Origin: Octopus bimaculoides
Lineage: Eukaryota
Assembly (NCBI RefSeq): GCF_001194135.2
Contig: NC_068983.1
Location: forward strand, 53,734,759-53,798,758
Length of the DNA stretch: 64,000 bases
Reading direction: 5' to 3'
Position numbers and translations under genes: made by a program. The notes under the pieces are model-generated. The model was not told the origin of the DNA, ran no database searches, and saw only the letters and a list, made by a program, of their open reading frames with translations. Of this stretch, positions 39,631-53,409 are shown piece by piece (position 1 is the first letter of the stretch; each line of letters opens with the position of its first letter).

Positions 39631-39661
<31 letters not shown>

Positions 39662-41663
39662 GCTTCCTTCAGTTCCTGTCTACGAAATCCACTCACAAGG
39701 CTTTGGTCGGCCTGAGGCTATAGTAGAAGGCACTTGCCCAAGATGCCACGTAGTGAGACTGAACCTGGAACTGTGTAGTTGGGAAGCAAACATTGTACCA
39801 CACAGCCACTCCTCCACCGATGTATTTTCTCTTGTTGTCTGGATTGGTTCAATCTTCCTGCATGGCACTTTGAGTGAGTGCTTTCTACTATAGCCCCAGG
39901 CTCACAAAAGCCTTGTGAGTGGATTTGGAAGAGGGGAAACTGAAAGAAGCTTGTATGTGTGTGCATGCATGATGTGTGCACATGTCTCCTTGTGCAGATA
40001 TTGCATGATTGTTACAAATGAATGTCATTCATTTCCAGTATTCTATAAAAACATGTTTGGGCCATTGAGAAGTATTACATTACTTGGTAACTGGTAAGGG
40101 TTGATGACAAAACGACATCCATACAAGCATGGAGAAGTGTGGACATTAAAATGACGGTGATGATGATGATGATGATGACAGTGATGATATATGACAACGA
40201 CATTACTAGTGACTCACATATCAGAGTCCAAACAATCTGCAGTAAATAATCCTGTTAAAATTACAGTTCAAATTAGCAGTGACACACTTATCCCTTGACA
40301 TTTAAACCCAGGCTTTGTGCTGATCAAGCCACAGACTATAAATGAACAAACAAACAAACAATAAACAAATAAACGGATGACCCTTTATTATAATTCTGTA
40401 GTTTTAATTTACAATTCATTTCTATTCCACGAATATCCTTTTACTCCTTTAGTGACAAAACTAATTTATTCCACTATTGTGAATTGTAAATATCTACACA
40501 ACCAAAGACTGTAACAAATTTTACCGGTTTCAGGTTGTAGTATACCTTCTTTGTTTTCTTTGTTTTCTAATTTTAGATAGTTCATGATGACTCTCTACTG
40601 TATACACAAAGCTACACCTTTGGTGGTTTAAGAGAGCAATCTGTTAAACTGCACCTACAACTTGTTCATATTTTATCATACAGTTATAAAAGATACAGCT
40701 CACCTGAGTAGGATTTGAACTCTTAACATAACTAAATACCTCATGGTATCTAATCCATTGCTCTACTTTTCCTTTCACTCACTGCATTGATTTACTTTTG
40801 ACCCTTTTGATGCCAACCTGCCTGAGGCTGTCATTGGTTGCTTGATACCAACTTCATGCTTTAACCCCTTCAGCATTTAAACTGGTCATATCCAACCAAA
40901 ATGTTCTATGTTTTATGTTCAAACTGGCCAGGTCTGACCTCTCACACCTAGCCTACAATGTTATTCTAAAAATAAGTAATCACATAATTGAAAATCTCAA
41001 GGTTATGAGTTAATTATCTTATGAATTTAAATAGCTCATTAACTTCATTATCTTATGAACTTCATCATCACCAAAGGCCTGCTGAATCTTCCGGATGGTT
41101 TGAGCTTGGGTATCACTGAGCTTTTGACAAAACCTAATGCACTGTCTCTACTCGATGCATCTGGTCATCTTGTATGAAAATGAAAATCTGATGAGCAAGC
41201 ATTACACATTTATACTCTAGACGTAACAGCCAAGAGCTGACATGGTCTGCCAGTGTGAAAATGTTCATGCACACACAGGAAGGGTAGTGTCACCGCCCAC
41301 CCAAAGGGTTTTCCCCAAGCAGCATTAGTTTTGGAGTGGAAAAATAAAGTCAGATACTTATTGAACTCACCTCATATTTATGTGTGTGTATATATCTATA
41401 TATGTGTGTGTGTGTGTATGTTGGTGACTAGAAGGGCATCTGGCTATAGAAAACCTACCTCAACAAATTCTGTTTGACCCATGCAAGCATGGAACAGGGG
41501 ATGTTAAATTGATGATGATGATAATGAATGTAAGAGTTCAAATTCCACTGAAGTCAACATGGTCTTTATTCTCTCTTGGGCTAATTGAATATGTGCCAGG
41601 CAAAGGCTGGGATTGGTTCAACAAGCTCTGACTAACCTTTACAAATACATGATTGCACCAGTG

Positions 41664-41698
<35 letters not shown>

Positions 41699-41703
41699 GT
41701 ATA

Positions 41704-41767
<64 letters not shown>

Positions 41768-41869
41768 CCAGAGTAAGCACATAAATGTGAAACAAGGTGG
41801 AAAAATAGTACATACTAGAATACCAGAGGTAGAGTAACATGCTTTATTGAAAAGCACCAAAAATATCAC

Positions 41870-41915
41870 AAAACTGTTACTCAGAGTTTCACATTCCCGT
41901 TCGTCAGACAGTTTT
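41870..41915 (-). ncRNA. Minimal type I hammerhead ribozyme motif (family 2), canonical core
   Basis: AAAACUGU-CUGACGA-ACG(GGAA)UGU-GAAAC-UCUGA-GUA-ACAGUUUU: perfect 8-bp helix I, 3-bp helix II (one G-U) with GNRA loop, quasi-palindromic helix III, GUA triplet. Confidence 0.75.
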
Positions 41916-42944
41916 GCTTTTCAATAAAGTATATATATATGTTTGTGTGTGTGTGTGTGTATATATACACACACACACACATACATACTTGTCAGCTTGT
42001 CTGTCTTTGTTATAAAAGAAAAAGATTGCTTTTCTTATGTTGATGAAGTAGAATTTGCTATAAGTTTTCATCTGTGTATGTTCATTTAAATGCAAGAAAA
42101 CAACAAGTTACAAGATAAACTGGTAATACTACTCATAAAGAGTTTCTATACAATTTCTTTTGCAAAAGTTGAAAGCAACAAAATCAAAACTGAAAATATG
42201 TCAGACTGCTACAATTTGTTATTTAATGTTAAACCTGCTCTCACATTGAATGGACATATATATAAAGATAATCAAGCTATGACCATCCCATCTTTTTTTT
42301 TTTTTTCAATTATTGATAATGTAGGTGCAGAAGAACTGGTGAGACTATGAAAGCTTGTAGTACTCCATTTCTGAAATAGCAGGATTTATTTTCTCACATA
42401 CTATATAGGCCACATACTATATAGGCAACGATCATGTTCGGATGGTGCTTTATACGTACCTCCAGCACAGGAGCCAGCCAGGGGTTAATGGCATCGGTCA
42501 CAATCGGTTGGTGCTTTTTATGTGCCACCAGCACAGGAGCCAGTTAGGCACACCTGAAATCAACCATGTTTAGCTGGTGCTTTTTACATGCCACCGGCAC
42601 GGGAGCCAGTCAGGCGAGCCTCACACCAACCACGTTTAGATGGTGTTTTTATGTGCCACTGGCACAGGAGCCAGTCAGGGGGCATTGGCCCCAGCTATAA
42701 TACTGGTTTTACTTGACTCAACACGTTTTCTCAAGCATATCATATTGTCCGACGCATCAGGGGTATTCTTAACAGAGCCAGACATGCGTGGCTAATGGAT
42801 AATAAAACGAATGTCTCTCATTTGCCATGTACATGTGTATATATTTATGTATGTGTATATAAATTTATGTATGTTGTGTATTTATATGCAGATGTATGTA
42901 TGTGTATATATATATATATATGTATGTATGTGTATATGTTTGCG

Positions 42945-42979
<35 letters not shown>

Positions 42980-43354
42980 GTTTATGTATGTGTATATATA
43001 TATGTATGTATGTGTATATGTATGTGTATATATATATATATGTATGTATGTGTATATGTATGTATATATATATGTATGTGTATATATGTATTTATGTATG
43101 TGTATATATATATTTATGTATATGTATATATATATTTATGTAAGTATATGTATATATATATTTATGTATGTGTGCATATATATATGTATGTATCTGTATG
43201 TGTATATATGTATATGTATGTGTATATATGTATATGTATATATGTATATACATATATGTATATATGTTTTGTGTATATATGTATGTGTATATATGTATGT
43301 GTGCAATTGATGAAGCACTTGAACAGTTAAAACAGCACAAGAACCGGGCAGCAG

Positions 43355-43785
43355 ATGGAACATTTAACTGTTGATCTAGTATATTCTTCAATTATATATA
43401 CTTCACGTTCAAACTGATAATTTTAATGCCCCACAATTGTTTTCATTGCTCTCTGACAAAAGTCAAGACACATACAGTAGATTTTTTGCCAAAATAAATG
43501 AATTACTGCAGAATGAGGGACCTGTTGATATAATTATGGATTTTGAAAAAGCAGCCCATAATGAATTTCTGGGTCGAATTTGGCATGCTGCTTGTTTTAT
43601 TCAGGACCAAATGTGTACAAACATGTTGTGCCAGAAGAACTAAAATGCAGATATCACGAAGATGACAGTTTTAGTCTAAAAATGCAGTGTTTTGTTGCCC
43701 TTGTCTTCCTGCTGGTTGATGATGTTGTAGATGGATAGATGATTTTCCACAGTCAGTTATATCCTATTTTGAAAATAATTATATA
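43355..43785 (+). mobile_element. Decayed MULE-type transposase fragment
   Basis: ADGTFN, FSLLSDKSQDTYSRFF and IIMDFEKAA motifs. Confidence 0.6.
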
Positions 43786-44756
43786 CCAAAAGAAGCCCAT
43801 TGTATGGGTGTATGTATGTATTTGTCTCTCCCGCCGCACCCCACTGCTCGACAACTGGTGTTGGTGTTTTTATGTCACTGTAACTTAGCACTTCAGCAAA
43901 AGAAACCGATACAATAAGTATCAGGCTCAAAATTAAAAGTATTCGGGTTGATTTATTTAACCAAAAATTCTTCAGGGCAGTGCCCCAGCATGGCTACAGT
44001 CTAATGACTGAAACAAGTAAAAGGCAAAGAATATGAGGGAATGCTGAAAAGTTCCTGGTTATGGGTAAAAGAAAGGATCAATTGATTATGGCTTTATTCA
44101 ACATATTTTCCTTCACTTTTTCTAAGCCCTGTAAAAGAACTTAGAAGTCAAGCCTCCAGCCAGGCCGTTTGCTGTGCCCTTAAAGCTAGGAACTTTTCAA
44201 CTCCCCCTTGTAAAGATCTAAGAATTATTATTTTTGATATCCAAATTCTAATGATAGAGCTTTCACTTATCAAGCCCCAACTTCTAGGAAATAAACTCAT
44301 ACATACATGCATTCATATATAATGTGTATGCATGATAACTAGAATTCTAGATACATATCTCTTCCATGGAGATGTCAGTTGTAAGGTTTATCTAAAAATG
44401 CTGCAAAATACCTGTGGTGAAATAGTAATTAATACACAACCTAATAAACACTGTACATAATTTATGAGTCTAGCATTTATGCTGTGTTGCAGATAGGTTT
44501 TTCCTTTTGTTTTCAATATTTAAAAGTCAAAAGCAATTTAACGGTTAAGCTTAGTCTAAGCTGTATATAAAAACAAAGTTTTATCAAGTCTTAATTAATC
44601 CAAGATTGCTTAGCATTGTGTTCAACAAGACGTAAGAGAACAGAATCAATATGATTAATGTTGGAATGAATATGGACCATTATGATAAACATTTAATTTA
44701 TTTACTGAGATGTACTTGCATAGCAAGCAACCTGATCTGAGATCATGTGCTGGAAC

Positions 44757-45038
44757 AAAAACAGTTGCAGGGTGGAAGGTGTTTATAAGCCATTTAAGAA
44801 ACACACAAAAACTGTTAGATTCACTTCAGCATTTAAATTTAATTTGCCAAAATATTTTCATCGCTTTGAGACCGCGACCTGGTCACTGATGCAGCAAGGA
44901 ATTTTGTCAGTAAACAGGTCACGGCCTCAAAGCAATGAAAATATTTTGGCAAATTAAATTTAAATGTTGAAGTGAATCGTATGGTTTTTGTGTGTTTCTT
45001 AAATGGCGTATAAACACCTTCCATGCTGCAATTGTTTT
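44757..45038. mobile_element. About 280-bp foldback/MITE with about 125-bp arms
   Basis: 44757-44881 is the reverse complement of 44915-45038 with few mismatches; mirror ORFs appear in the ORF track. Confidence 0.8.
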
Positions 45039-45619
45039 GATTTAACTTATTCTATGGCATTTATCATTGTTTACTGTTTGCGTTCAGTATTGGCAAAATA
45101 TCCTACACAAAACTAGTAGAAAGAAAATATTTTTTCCTACTCTCTGCACAAAGCCCAAAATTTGGTGGGGAGTAGGCCAGTCAATTAGATCAACCCCAGT
45201 ACACAACTGGTACTTAATTTATTGACCCTGAAAGAATGAAAGGCAAAGTCGACCGCAATAGAATTTGAACTCAGAAAGTAAAGACAGATGAAATATTGTT
45301 AAGCATTTCGCCCGGAGTGCTAACATTTCTGCCAGCTCACCATCCTAGTAGAAAGAAAATATTAAGAAAACAAGGATTTCCCAACAATCTGACACAACAA
45401 TATTCATCAGCTTTAGTCAATGTTCTCAACTGGTCAGTCAGGACTTTTATAAAATATTGGCACAAGCATGGCTGTGTGGTTAAGGAGCTTGCTTTGCAAC
45501 CTCATGGTTTCAGGTTCAATCCACTGTGTGGCACTTTGGGCCAATGTTTTCTACTATAGCACTGGATCAACATACATTGTGAGTGAATTTGGTAGACAGA
45601 AACTGCTTGGAAGCCCATC

Positions 45620-45678
<59 letters not shown>

Positions 45679-46619
45679 GTTAAAAATCACTTCTTTAACT
45701 TTCTAAGACATCTCAACGCTTCTAAAAGCAAACTTCATTTGTTTGTTTACATTTGTTGTAATTTGAATTTAATATATATATATATATATATGTATATCTA
45801 TGCATCTCTGTGTCTTGTTGTTTGTTTTTATTCCTTCCACAACCACTTGACAACTGGTATTGGTTTGTTTATGTTCCTGTAACTTAGATGTTCAGCAAAA
45901 GAAACTGATAGATTAAGTCCCAGAATTAAAAATAAGCATTACAAATTGATTAAATGCTTCAGTACAGTGCTCCAGCATAGCCACAACCCAATGACTGAAA
46001 CATGTGAAAGGTAAAAATTTACATTACTACATCACCCAAATAATGAATTATTACTTGATTGTTTGTTTATGACAGACAATATCTATGCTTAAGCCTTTTG
46101 TTTATCTCTTTTTACTCTAATCCAATAAGCTGGAAATGAATACTGTATGGTGAATACATCCAGTTTTCACTCTGCAAAGTATCTTCTTTCATATAATTTC
46201 ATGAACTTGCAACGTTAAGTTCATATTTCTTTATAAATAAAGACGATAATAAATGTGCTCACAGCATGCCTTCATTCTGTTTTCAACCAATTATCGATCA
46301 TTCAAACTGAAGAGAACTCAATACGAAGGAATTATTCTATCTCAAATAATAAGATTTGTTCATGACTTGTAATAAGGTGCTCAGCTAACTCAAAAAAAAA
46401 AAACGTGTATACACATGCATGTATTTCATCGTCACACTTCTTTATGCTTGAGAGATGTAGACTCCTTACTAATGCCATATCAAATAACGCGAATAGTTCT
46501 CTGAATCAAAACTTCATTTACTTCTAAGTGTTTACTGGAAACAAAGGAAGACCAATATCTATTCCTACAACTGAAAATGACAACAAGCACTGAAATGGTA
46601 ATCAATAAGTACCACCAGC

Positions 46620-46885
46620 GGTACTGGATTGGCCCCATGTCCAAAGAACAGATAATGAATAACTAATGAAGACCTTCTTTTATTCTCAACTGACAACAGA
46701 AAATTGTCATCAAAGAAAACCACAACTGAGGTTTAGAGATATCTTGAAGTGGAACCTCATACTATTTGGCATTCTCCAGAAAGAGCTCCAAACAGACGTG
46801 GAAGATAGAAAACAATGGAGGAATCACTGTTATTTTGGCTGTGAATTCTTTGAGAGAACTAGAAAACATAGGGGTTGGAAATGAT
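46620..46885 (+). mobile_element. RTE (BovB-like) LINE fragment
   Basis: FYSQL...RKPQLRFRDILK.NL...DRKQWR motif. Confidence 0.6.
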
Positions 46886-47220
46886 GGCAAATAACAGTTT
46901 AGCCAAATGATCACCACTTTGAAATGGAGAAATGTATATTTGCATTTAAGCCAATATCAAACACAGAGCTGCTACAGCAGAAAGGTGGCCACCATTGGTG
47001 AGAAACTCAACTGGTGCCATGTAAAAAGCATCCGCTGCAGTCTGTAAAGTGGTTGGTATTAGGAAGGGCATCCAGCCATAGAAATCATGCCAATGCAGAT
47101 AATTGGAGCTTGGTACAGTCCTCGTGCTTACCAGGTCCTGTCAAACTGTCCAACCCATACCAGCATGGAAAACAGATGTTAAATGATGATGATCATGATG
47201 ATACATAATAATATATATTA

Positions 47221-47262
<42 letters not shown>

Positions 47263-48430
47263 ACAATATTAAAAATAAGGATTATTATTTTGAATACCTA
47301 ACTAAGAATGAACCAGTAATCGTTTGGGGGTAATCCCTTACTATTTACAAATACACACACACACACAAACACACATATATACACACATGCGCACACAATA
47401 CATAAATGAATTAAGAGAAATAGCTTGGTGTGGCCTCTTGCAGCTATTTGAACAAGAGAAATAATAAGGATACTTTAAATAACACACACAATAAATTCTT
47501 GATTTACTGGAAATATTTCTGCTTTGAGGGATGGAGGGATCAACTCCAAGTGAGAAGAGGAGATATAATCTCGAGAATTATAAATTCTCCAGAACTGACA
47601 TGTCATTAAGGAAAAGATGGTTAGATGGGTTTGTAATTAAGAGAATAGCTGCACACATGTTTCTGCCTCAATAAGCATCATCAGCACAGCAGTTTTATTA
47701 TGTTGTATCCATCGCTCATATACACTTCGACATGAACAAAAACAAGTAGATAATACATGACCTAGATAATATATATCATCATCATTGCCATCATCATCAT
47801 CCTCCTCAACATTATCATCAAAAGCATCCTCATTATTTACTGTCACATCTCCTTTTCCAGACATGATTTGGACAGTTTTGACAGAAACAGTTGAGCCAGA
47901 GGGCTGTGCTTAGCTCCAGTGCCTTCTTTGATATGGTTTCTATAGCTTGATACCCTTCCTAATGCCAACCACTTTACAGTATGTACTGGTTGGCACCAGC
48001 ACTGGTAAGATCACCAAGTACTTGCAAGACAAGACCCCTCAATTGAGAGGAGCACAATATTGAAGGATGGGAAAATGATAGAGGGACAGAAACAGGGTTC
48101 TAGCTGGAGAGGTGAATACATGACTTCCCAAGCTGGAAAGGGAGAGAGATGGTGAAAGCATGTATTTGGTATGTATATATATATCCCTTTAATATTCAGA
48201 TTACTATCAAATATAATGCTTTGAATTAATCATGCATTATCTTGTAGCTTTGAGATTTCAATAACATGAAGGCAGTCAGCTGGCAGAATCATTAGCATGT
48301 CAGACAAAATGTTTAGCAATATTTCATCTGTCTTCACATTTTGAGTTCAAATTTCACTGAGGTCTACTTTACCTTTCATCCTTTTGAGGTCAATAAATTA
48401 AGCACCAGTGAAGCATTGGAATTGATTTAA

Positions 48431-48908
48431 CCCTTATATTACTGTATTTATTTTGAGATGTTCTGTGTTTCTTTCAATAAGTTCTAAATATAACAAAGAA
48501 TTTAGTAAAATAACTTAGTTATCATTAAGCTAGTGTTAGGAACATAAATTGTGGCTAAAGTTTGGTGGAAGATTTTAAATCAGAACTTATGAGAACAAGA
48601 CATTTGTACTCAAAGCCCAAGGTAGTTTCAGTAGTTGGGTTGGTATCGAAAGGGTTAAGAATTGTTTTTCTATTATATATCAACCCTTTCATTACTGTAT
48701 TTATTTTAAGATGCTGCTCTGTGATTCTTTCAATTAATTTTAACTATAACAAGAAATTTAGTAAAATAACTTAGTTATCATTAAGCTAGTGTTAGTAACA
48801 TAAATTGTGACTAAGGTTTGGTGGAAGATTTGAATTCAGTACTTATGAAAACAATACATTTGTTCTACAGAGCCAGAGCCAGTTTCGGCCAGGTTGGTAT
48901 CGAAAGGG
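48431..48908. mobile_element. Two head-to-tail piggyBac-type MITEs (48431-48654, 48684-48908)
   Basis: CCCTT / AAGGG ends with TTAA flanks; same family as 59809-60028. Confidence 0.78.
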
Positions 48909-50416
48909 TTAATCAACTGGCTCCCTAACTCAAAATCTCAGGCCTTGTGATTACAGTAGAAAGGGATTTCAATGATGTAACTGTTTGTTTTTAGAAAGAC
49001 AATGTAGGGTTGGTGAGAAAGACTAGATCATGGATAAAATATTTTAGCCAGATATGGCTAGTTTAAATGCCTAAAAGGGGTATATTTATCGCTGTTGTCA
49101 AGTGAAAGGAGGGTCAATCTATTATAGTCTTATGAAGAGTTTCAAGAAAGATCAGTGAATCATTTGCATGGTTCTGATTTAATAATAAACAGTAAGAGTG
49201 AAAAGCCTCGTCATTATGTAGCTTCATTCTTCTGGAGTTGATTAAATAAGTTCATTTGAATACATTGCTTCACATTGTAACAAGTGAAGCTGATATTATG
49301 AGCAGTTGAATGGAATTCATTATCATGTAATCAAAAAGTTTTTACACTACTTTTCTCACGCCCCAACATTAACCACTACTACTACTAACACCATTATTAC
49401 CACTACTACTACCAACACTACCATCCCCACCACCACCTCTTTTTCTTCTTCTTCTTCTTCTTCTTCTTCTATTCATTTACAACTCAGTACCATCAAACCA
49501 TTTTCTTTTAAGAATCTAGCTGTTGCAACTGGGAATGTTTACAGAGTCCCAGGGTTGCCTGTAAATAATTCAAATACATACAACAGTATTTTTGCTATGT
49601 TCTTCCCAATTTCTTCTCTTAACTACCAATAAACAGGGATAGTTGACCGCAAGCTGAGTTGCAACAGCAGGAAATGAGGTGATTGAGTGCAACTCTTTGG
49701 GCAAAGCATGTTTTGCTACAGTTCATTTTTAGTGCTGGCAGCACACACACACACACACATACACACAAGTGCAAGCACACGTGAAAATATACACATATAG
49801 ATAGAAAGGGGGAATTACTTTGAATTTTAAAAAATGGTTTCCTTAGTATTTCCTGAATACCTTTAAAACATCAATTAAGAAAATGCTAATTATTAAAATT
49901 ATTGATTACAAAACCAACTGATTACAAGAACAATGATACACACAAGATAAAATTATTTCCTTATCTGTATCTTATATATATATATATTATCATCATTGTT
50001 TAACGTCCGCTTTCCATGCTAGCATGGGTTGGACGATTTGACTGAGGACTGGTGAACCAGATGGCTACACCAGACTCCAATCTGATCTGGCAGAGTTTCT
50101 ACAGCTGGATGCCCTTCCTAAGCCCAACCACTCTGAGAGTGTAGTGGGTGCTTTCATGTGCCACCGGCACGAGGGCCAGTCAGGTGGTGCTGGCAATGGT
50201 CACACTCAAAATGGTGTATTTTACGTGCCACCTGCACAGGAGCCAGTCCAGCGGTACTGGCAATGAACTTGCTCGAATGACTTTTCATGTTCCACTGGCA
50301 CAAGTGCCAGGAATGCGATGCTGCGGCATAAGTGCCAGGAAGGTGACTCTGGTAACGATCACGCTCGAATGGTGGTGCCATCATGATTTCGCTTTCGCTT
50401 GCCCCAACAGGTCTTC

Positions 50417-50468
<52 letters not shown>

Positions 50469-50944
50469 ACATACACTAGCTGAAATACCCGGCATTGCCT
50501 GAGTTAATGACTCAGAGAATTAATAGTAACATCACAAAGCTCTTTATTTAACTTATAGTAAATCTCTTCAAAAAAAAAACACTCAGCAAATTCCAGACTA
50601 AGAATACTTTGTAGACCATTTTCTTTTTTTTTTCTTTTAATATATTTTTGTTTGATATCCAAATCCCAAAGATATACAAGTTCAGTTCTGTGAAAATTTG
50701 TGCACAAGTTCAAATCTCATGAATTCTTTTTCAGTTTTTGCTTAAACATAATGTGTAACCTAACTCAAAATTGTAATCCTAAGTGCTAACATGAAACCCC
50801 TAACATCAAATGCTCACCCTCAATGGAGCAAGGAAGAGTGTAATATGAAACCTCGTGTGTGTTTGTGTGTATGTAGAGAGAGAGAGAAAGAGAGAAAGAC
50901 AGAGAGGGTGGAGCAAGAACGAGTGTGATATGAAAGATGTGTCT

Positions 50945-50976
<32 letters not shown>

Positions 50977-52484
50977 GGAGGAGAAAAAAAAAGGAAAAGT
51001 TTGGTTTAATTATAAATATAGTTGTTATAATATTAAGTTATTTCCATTCGTGTGTCTAATGTCATAAATGTATGTGTACACATGTAAATAGATTAAACTT
51101 TTCATGTAAATCATTCTTTTCTTAAAGGTGACAGCGTGTGAAATACATACATGCGTACATACCCACACAAACAATGTTTCCATTAGTCATTATCTGCTGG
51201 CTACAACTTGGCTTTATAAACTGATTGAAAGCATGCATGTGTGCATCCCTAAATGACAGCTGTATTAATGTTACATTCCACTACCACTCCATATTTGTCT
51301 CTTACACAACTCCGGTCTCCCCTTTTCTGATATCAGTCACTCTCCCTATCCCACCTCATTTCCTTCACACTAACACTCTTGCAGCCTTCTAATTTTATCC
51401 CAAAATAGCTCATCCTACCATTACAATTTTATAAGTTATATTAGATATATGTAGTTATACACACACATATGTACATGACAAGGTTCCACACAATTTCTGT
51501 CTACCAAATTCATTCATGACACTCAGGAGCTATAACACAAAACACTTGCCTAAGGTGCCATGTGGTTGTAAAAACCAGACACACATGGTTGCAAAGCAAG
51601 CTCATTAACCATCACACAGCCATGCACATACCTATATATATATATATATACATATCATCATCATCGTTTAACGTCCGCTTTCCATGCTAGCATGGGTTGG
51701 ACGATTTGACTGATCTGGCAGAGTTTCTACAGCTGGATGCCCTTCCTAACGCCAACCACTCAGAGAGTGTAGTGTGTGCTTTTACGTGCCACCGGCACGA
51801 AGGCCTGTCAGGCAGTACTGGCAATGGCCACGCTCAAAATGGTGTATTTTATGTGCCACCTGCACAAGAGCCAGTCCNNNNNNNNNNNNNNNNNNNNNNN
51901 NNNNNNNNNNNNNNNNNNNNNNNNNNNNNNNNNNNNNNNNNNNNNNNNNNNNNNNNNNNNNNNNNNNNNNNNNNNNNNNNNNNNNNNNNNNNNNNNNNNN
52001 NNNNNNNNNNNNNNNNNNNNNNNNNNNNNNNNNNNNNNNNNNNNNNNNNNNNNNNNNNNNNNNNNNNNNNNNNNNNNNNNNNNNNNNNNNNNNNNNNNNN
52101 NNNNNNNNNNNNNNNNNNNNNNNNNNNNNNNNNNNNNNNNNNNNNNNNNNNNNNNNNNNNNNNNNNNNNNNNNNNNNNNNNNNNNNNNNNNNNNNNNNNN
52201 NNNNNNNNNNNNNNNNNNNNNNNNNNNNNNNNNNNTATATATATATATAAAAATATATAAATATATCTATCTATCATATATATAAATATATCTATCTATC
52301 ATATATATATATAAATTATTTGTCTCTTTTTGGAAGCTCTGTTCAAAATGGTGGAAATCTTGACACAGAAATATAGCTGCAAATTTAAAGGGCAGCAAAA
52401 GCATTTGGTGGCTTGGAGTCACGCGTTTGGTGCCAGTGACATATAAATACAAATACAATGCTGGCTCTTTACAAATCTTTTGTC

Positions 52485-53335
52485 TTACCATCCCTGTTGT
52501 ATTCCTGTGAAACTTGGACTTGTTAGGAAGAGCATTTTAAACTGTTAGAACAATTCCACCAAAAATGCCTTCATTGCATTTTTAAAATTAAATGAAGTTC
52601 TTTTACTCCAAACACAGATGTTCTTGCTTCTGCAGGCATCACCTCAATTAAAGCTATGATTTTAAGGAACCAATTGAGAAGGTGTGGCCATATTGTTCGA
52701 ATGGCAGATGAACGCATGCGGAAACAGCTGTTTTATGGTGAGCTTGCAGAGGGGAAACAAATCGACATAAACCTAAAAAATGGTTTAAGGACAGCATAAA
52801 GACTACTATGAAGTCACTTGGAATGGTTCCAGAAAATATAGAAACCCTTGCTTCGGATCAAGTTGGATGGTAAACAAAGGTGTGAAGTGGAGTGAAAGCA
52901 TTTGAAGAGGCCAGGATAATGAAAGTAAGACTCAAAAGAGATCTAAGGAAGAATGTAACGATCGAGAAGGTGAATGACAATGACCTTTTTGAGTGCACAG
53001 TCTGTGACAGACCATGCCTCTCTTTGGCTGGCCTCAAATCTCATTTGCGAACACTTGGAAAACGAACCTCCACCAACTATTCTGACTATATGTCTGTGCA
53101 CACCTTTGGATGCAGTGTATGCCAAAAGGTTTGCAAATCCAACGGAGGCCTCAAAAGACATGTTGAGATCCACAAAGAGCAGAACTTATCTGGAGGTATT
53201 GGTGGTCCAAATCTGAGGTGCAATCTATGCGGGTGTTTTTTCAGAACATTGTTTGGTTGAAAAAGCCACATCAGACGCCATGATGGTGCTAAGGTGTAGG
53301 TACAGGAAGTGGTCAAACTCTGTATAAGGAGTAGA
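52485..53335 (+). mobile_element. RTE (BovB-like) LINE 3' part ending in three C2H2 zinc fingers
   Basis: LLYSCETW, QLRRCGHIVRMAD.R.RKQLFYGEL, then CTVC..H, CSVC..H...H and CNLC..H...H fingers; stop TAG at 53297-53299 after a 1-nt frameshift. Confidence 0.85.
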
Positions 53336-53366
53336 CAACCACCATATATATTATATNNNNNNNNNN

Positions 53367-53409
<43 letters not shown>

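Noticed and set aside
52892-53260. Host C2H2 zinc-finger gene
   Set aside because: It is continuous with RTE RT sequence, has stops and a frameshift, and shows no splice structure.
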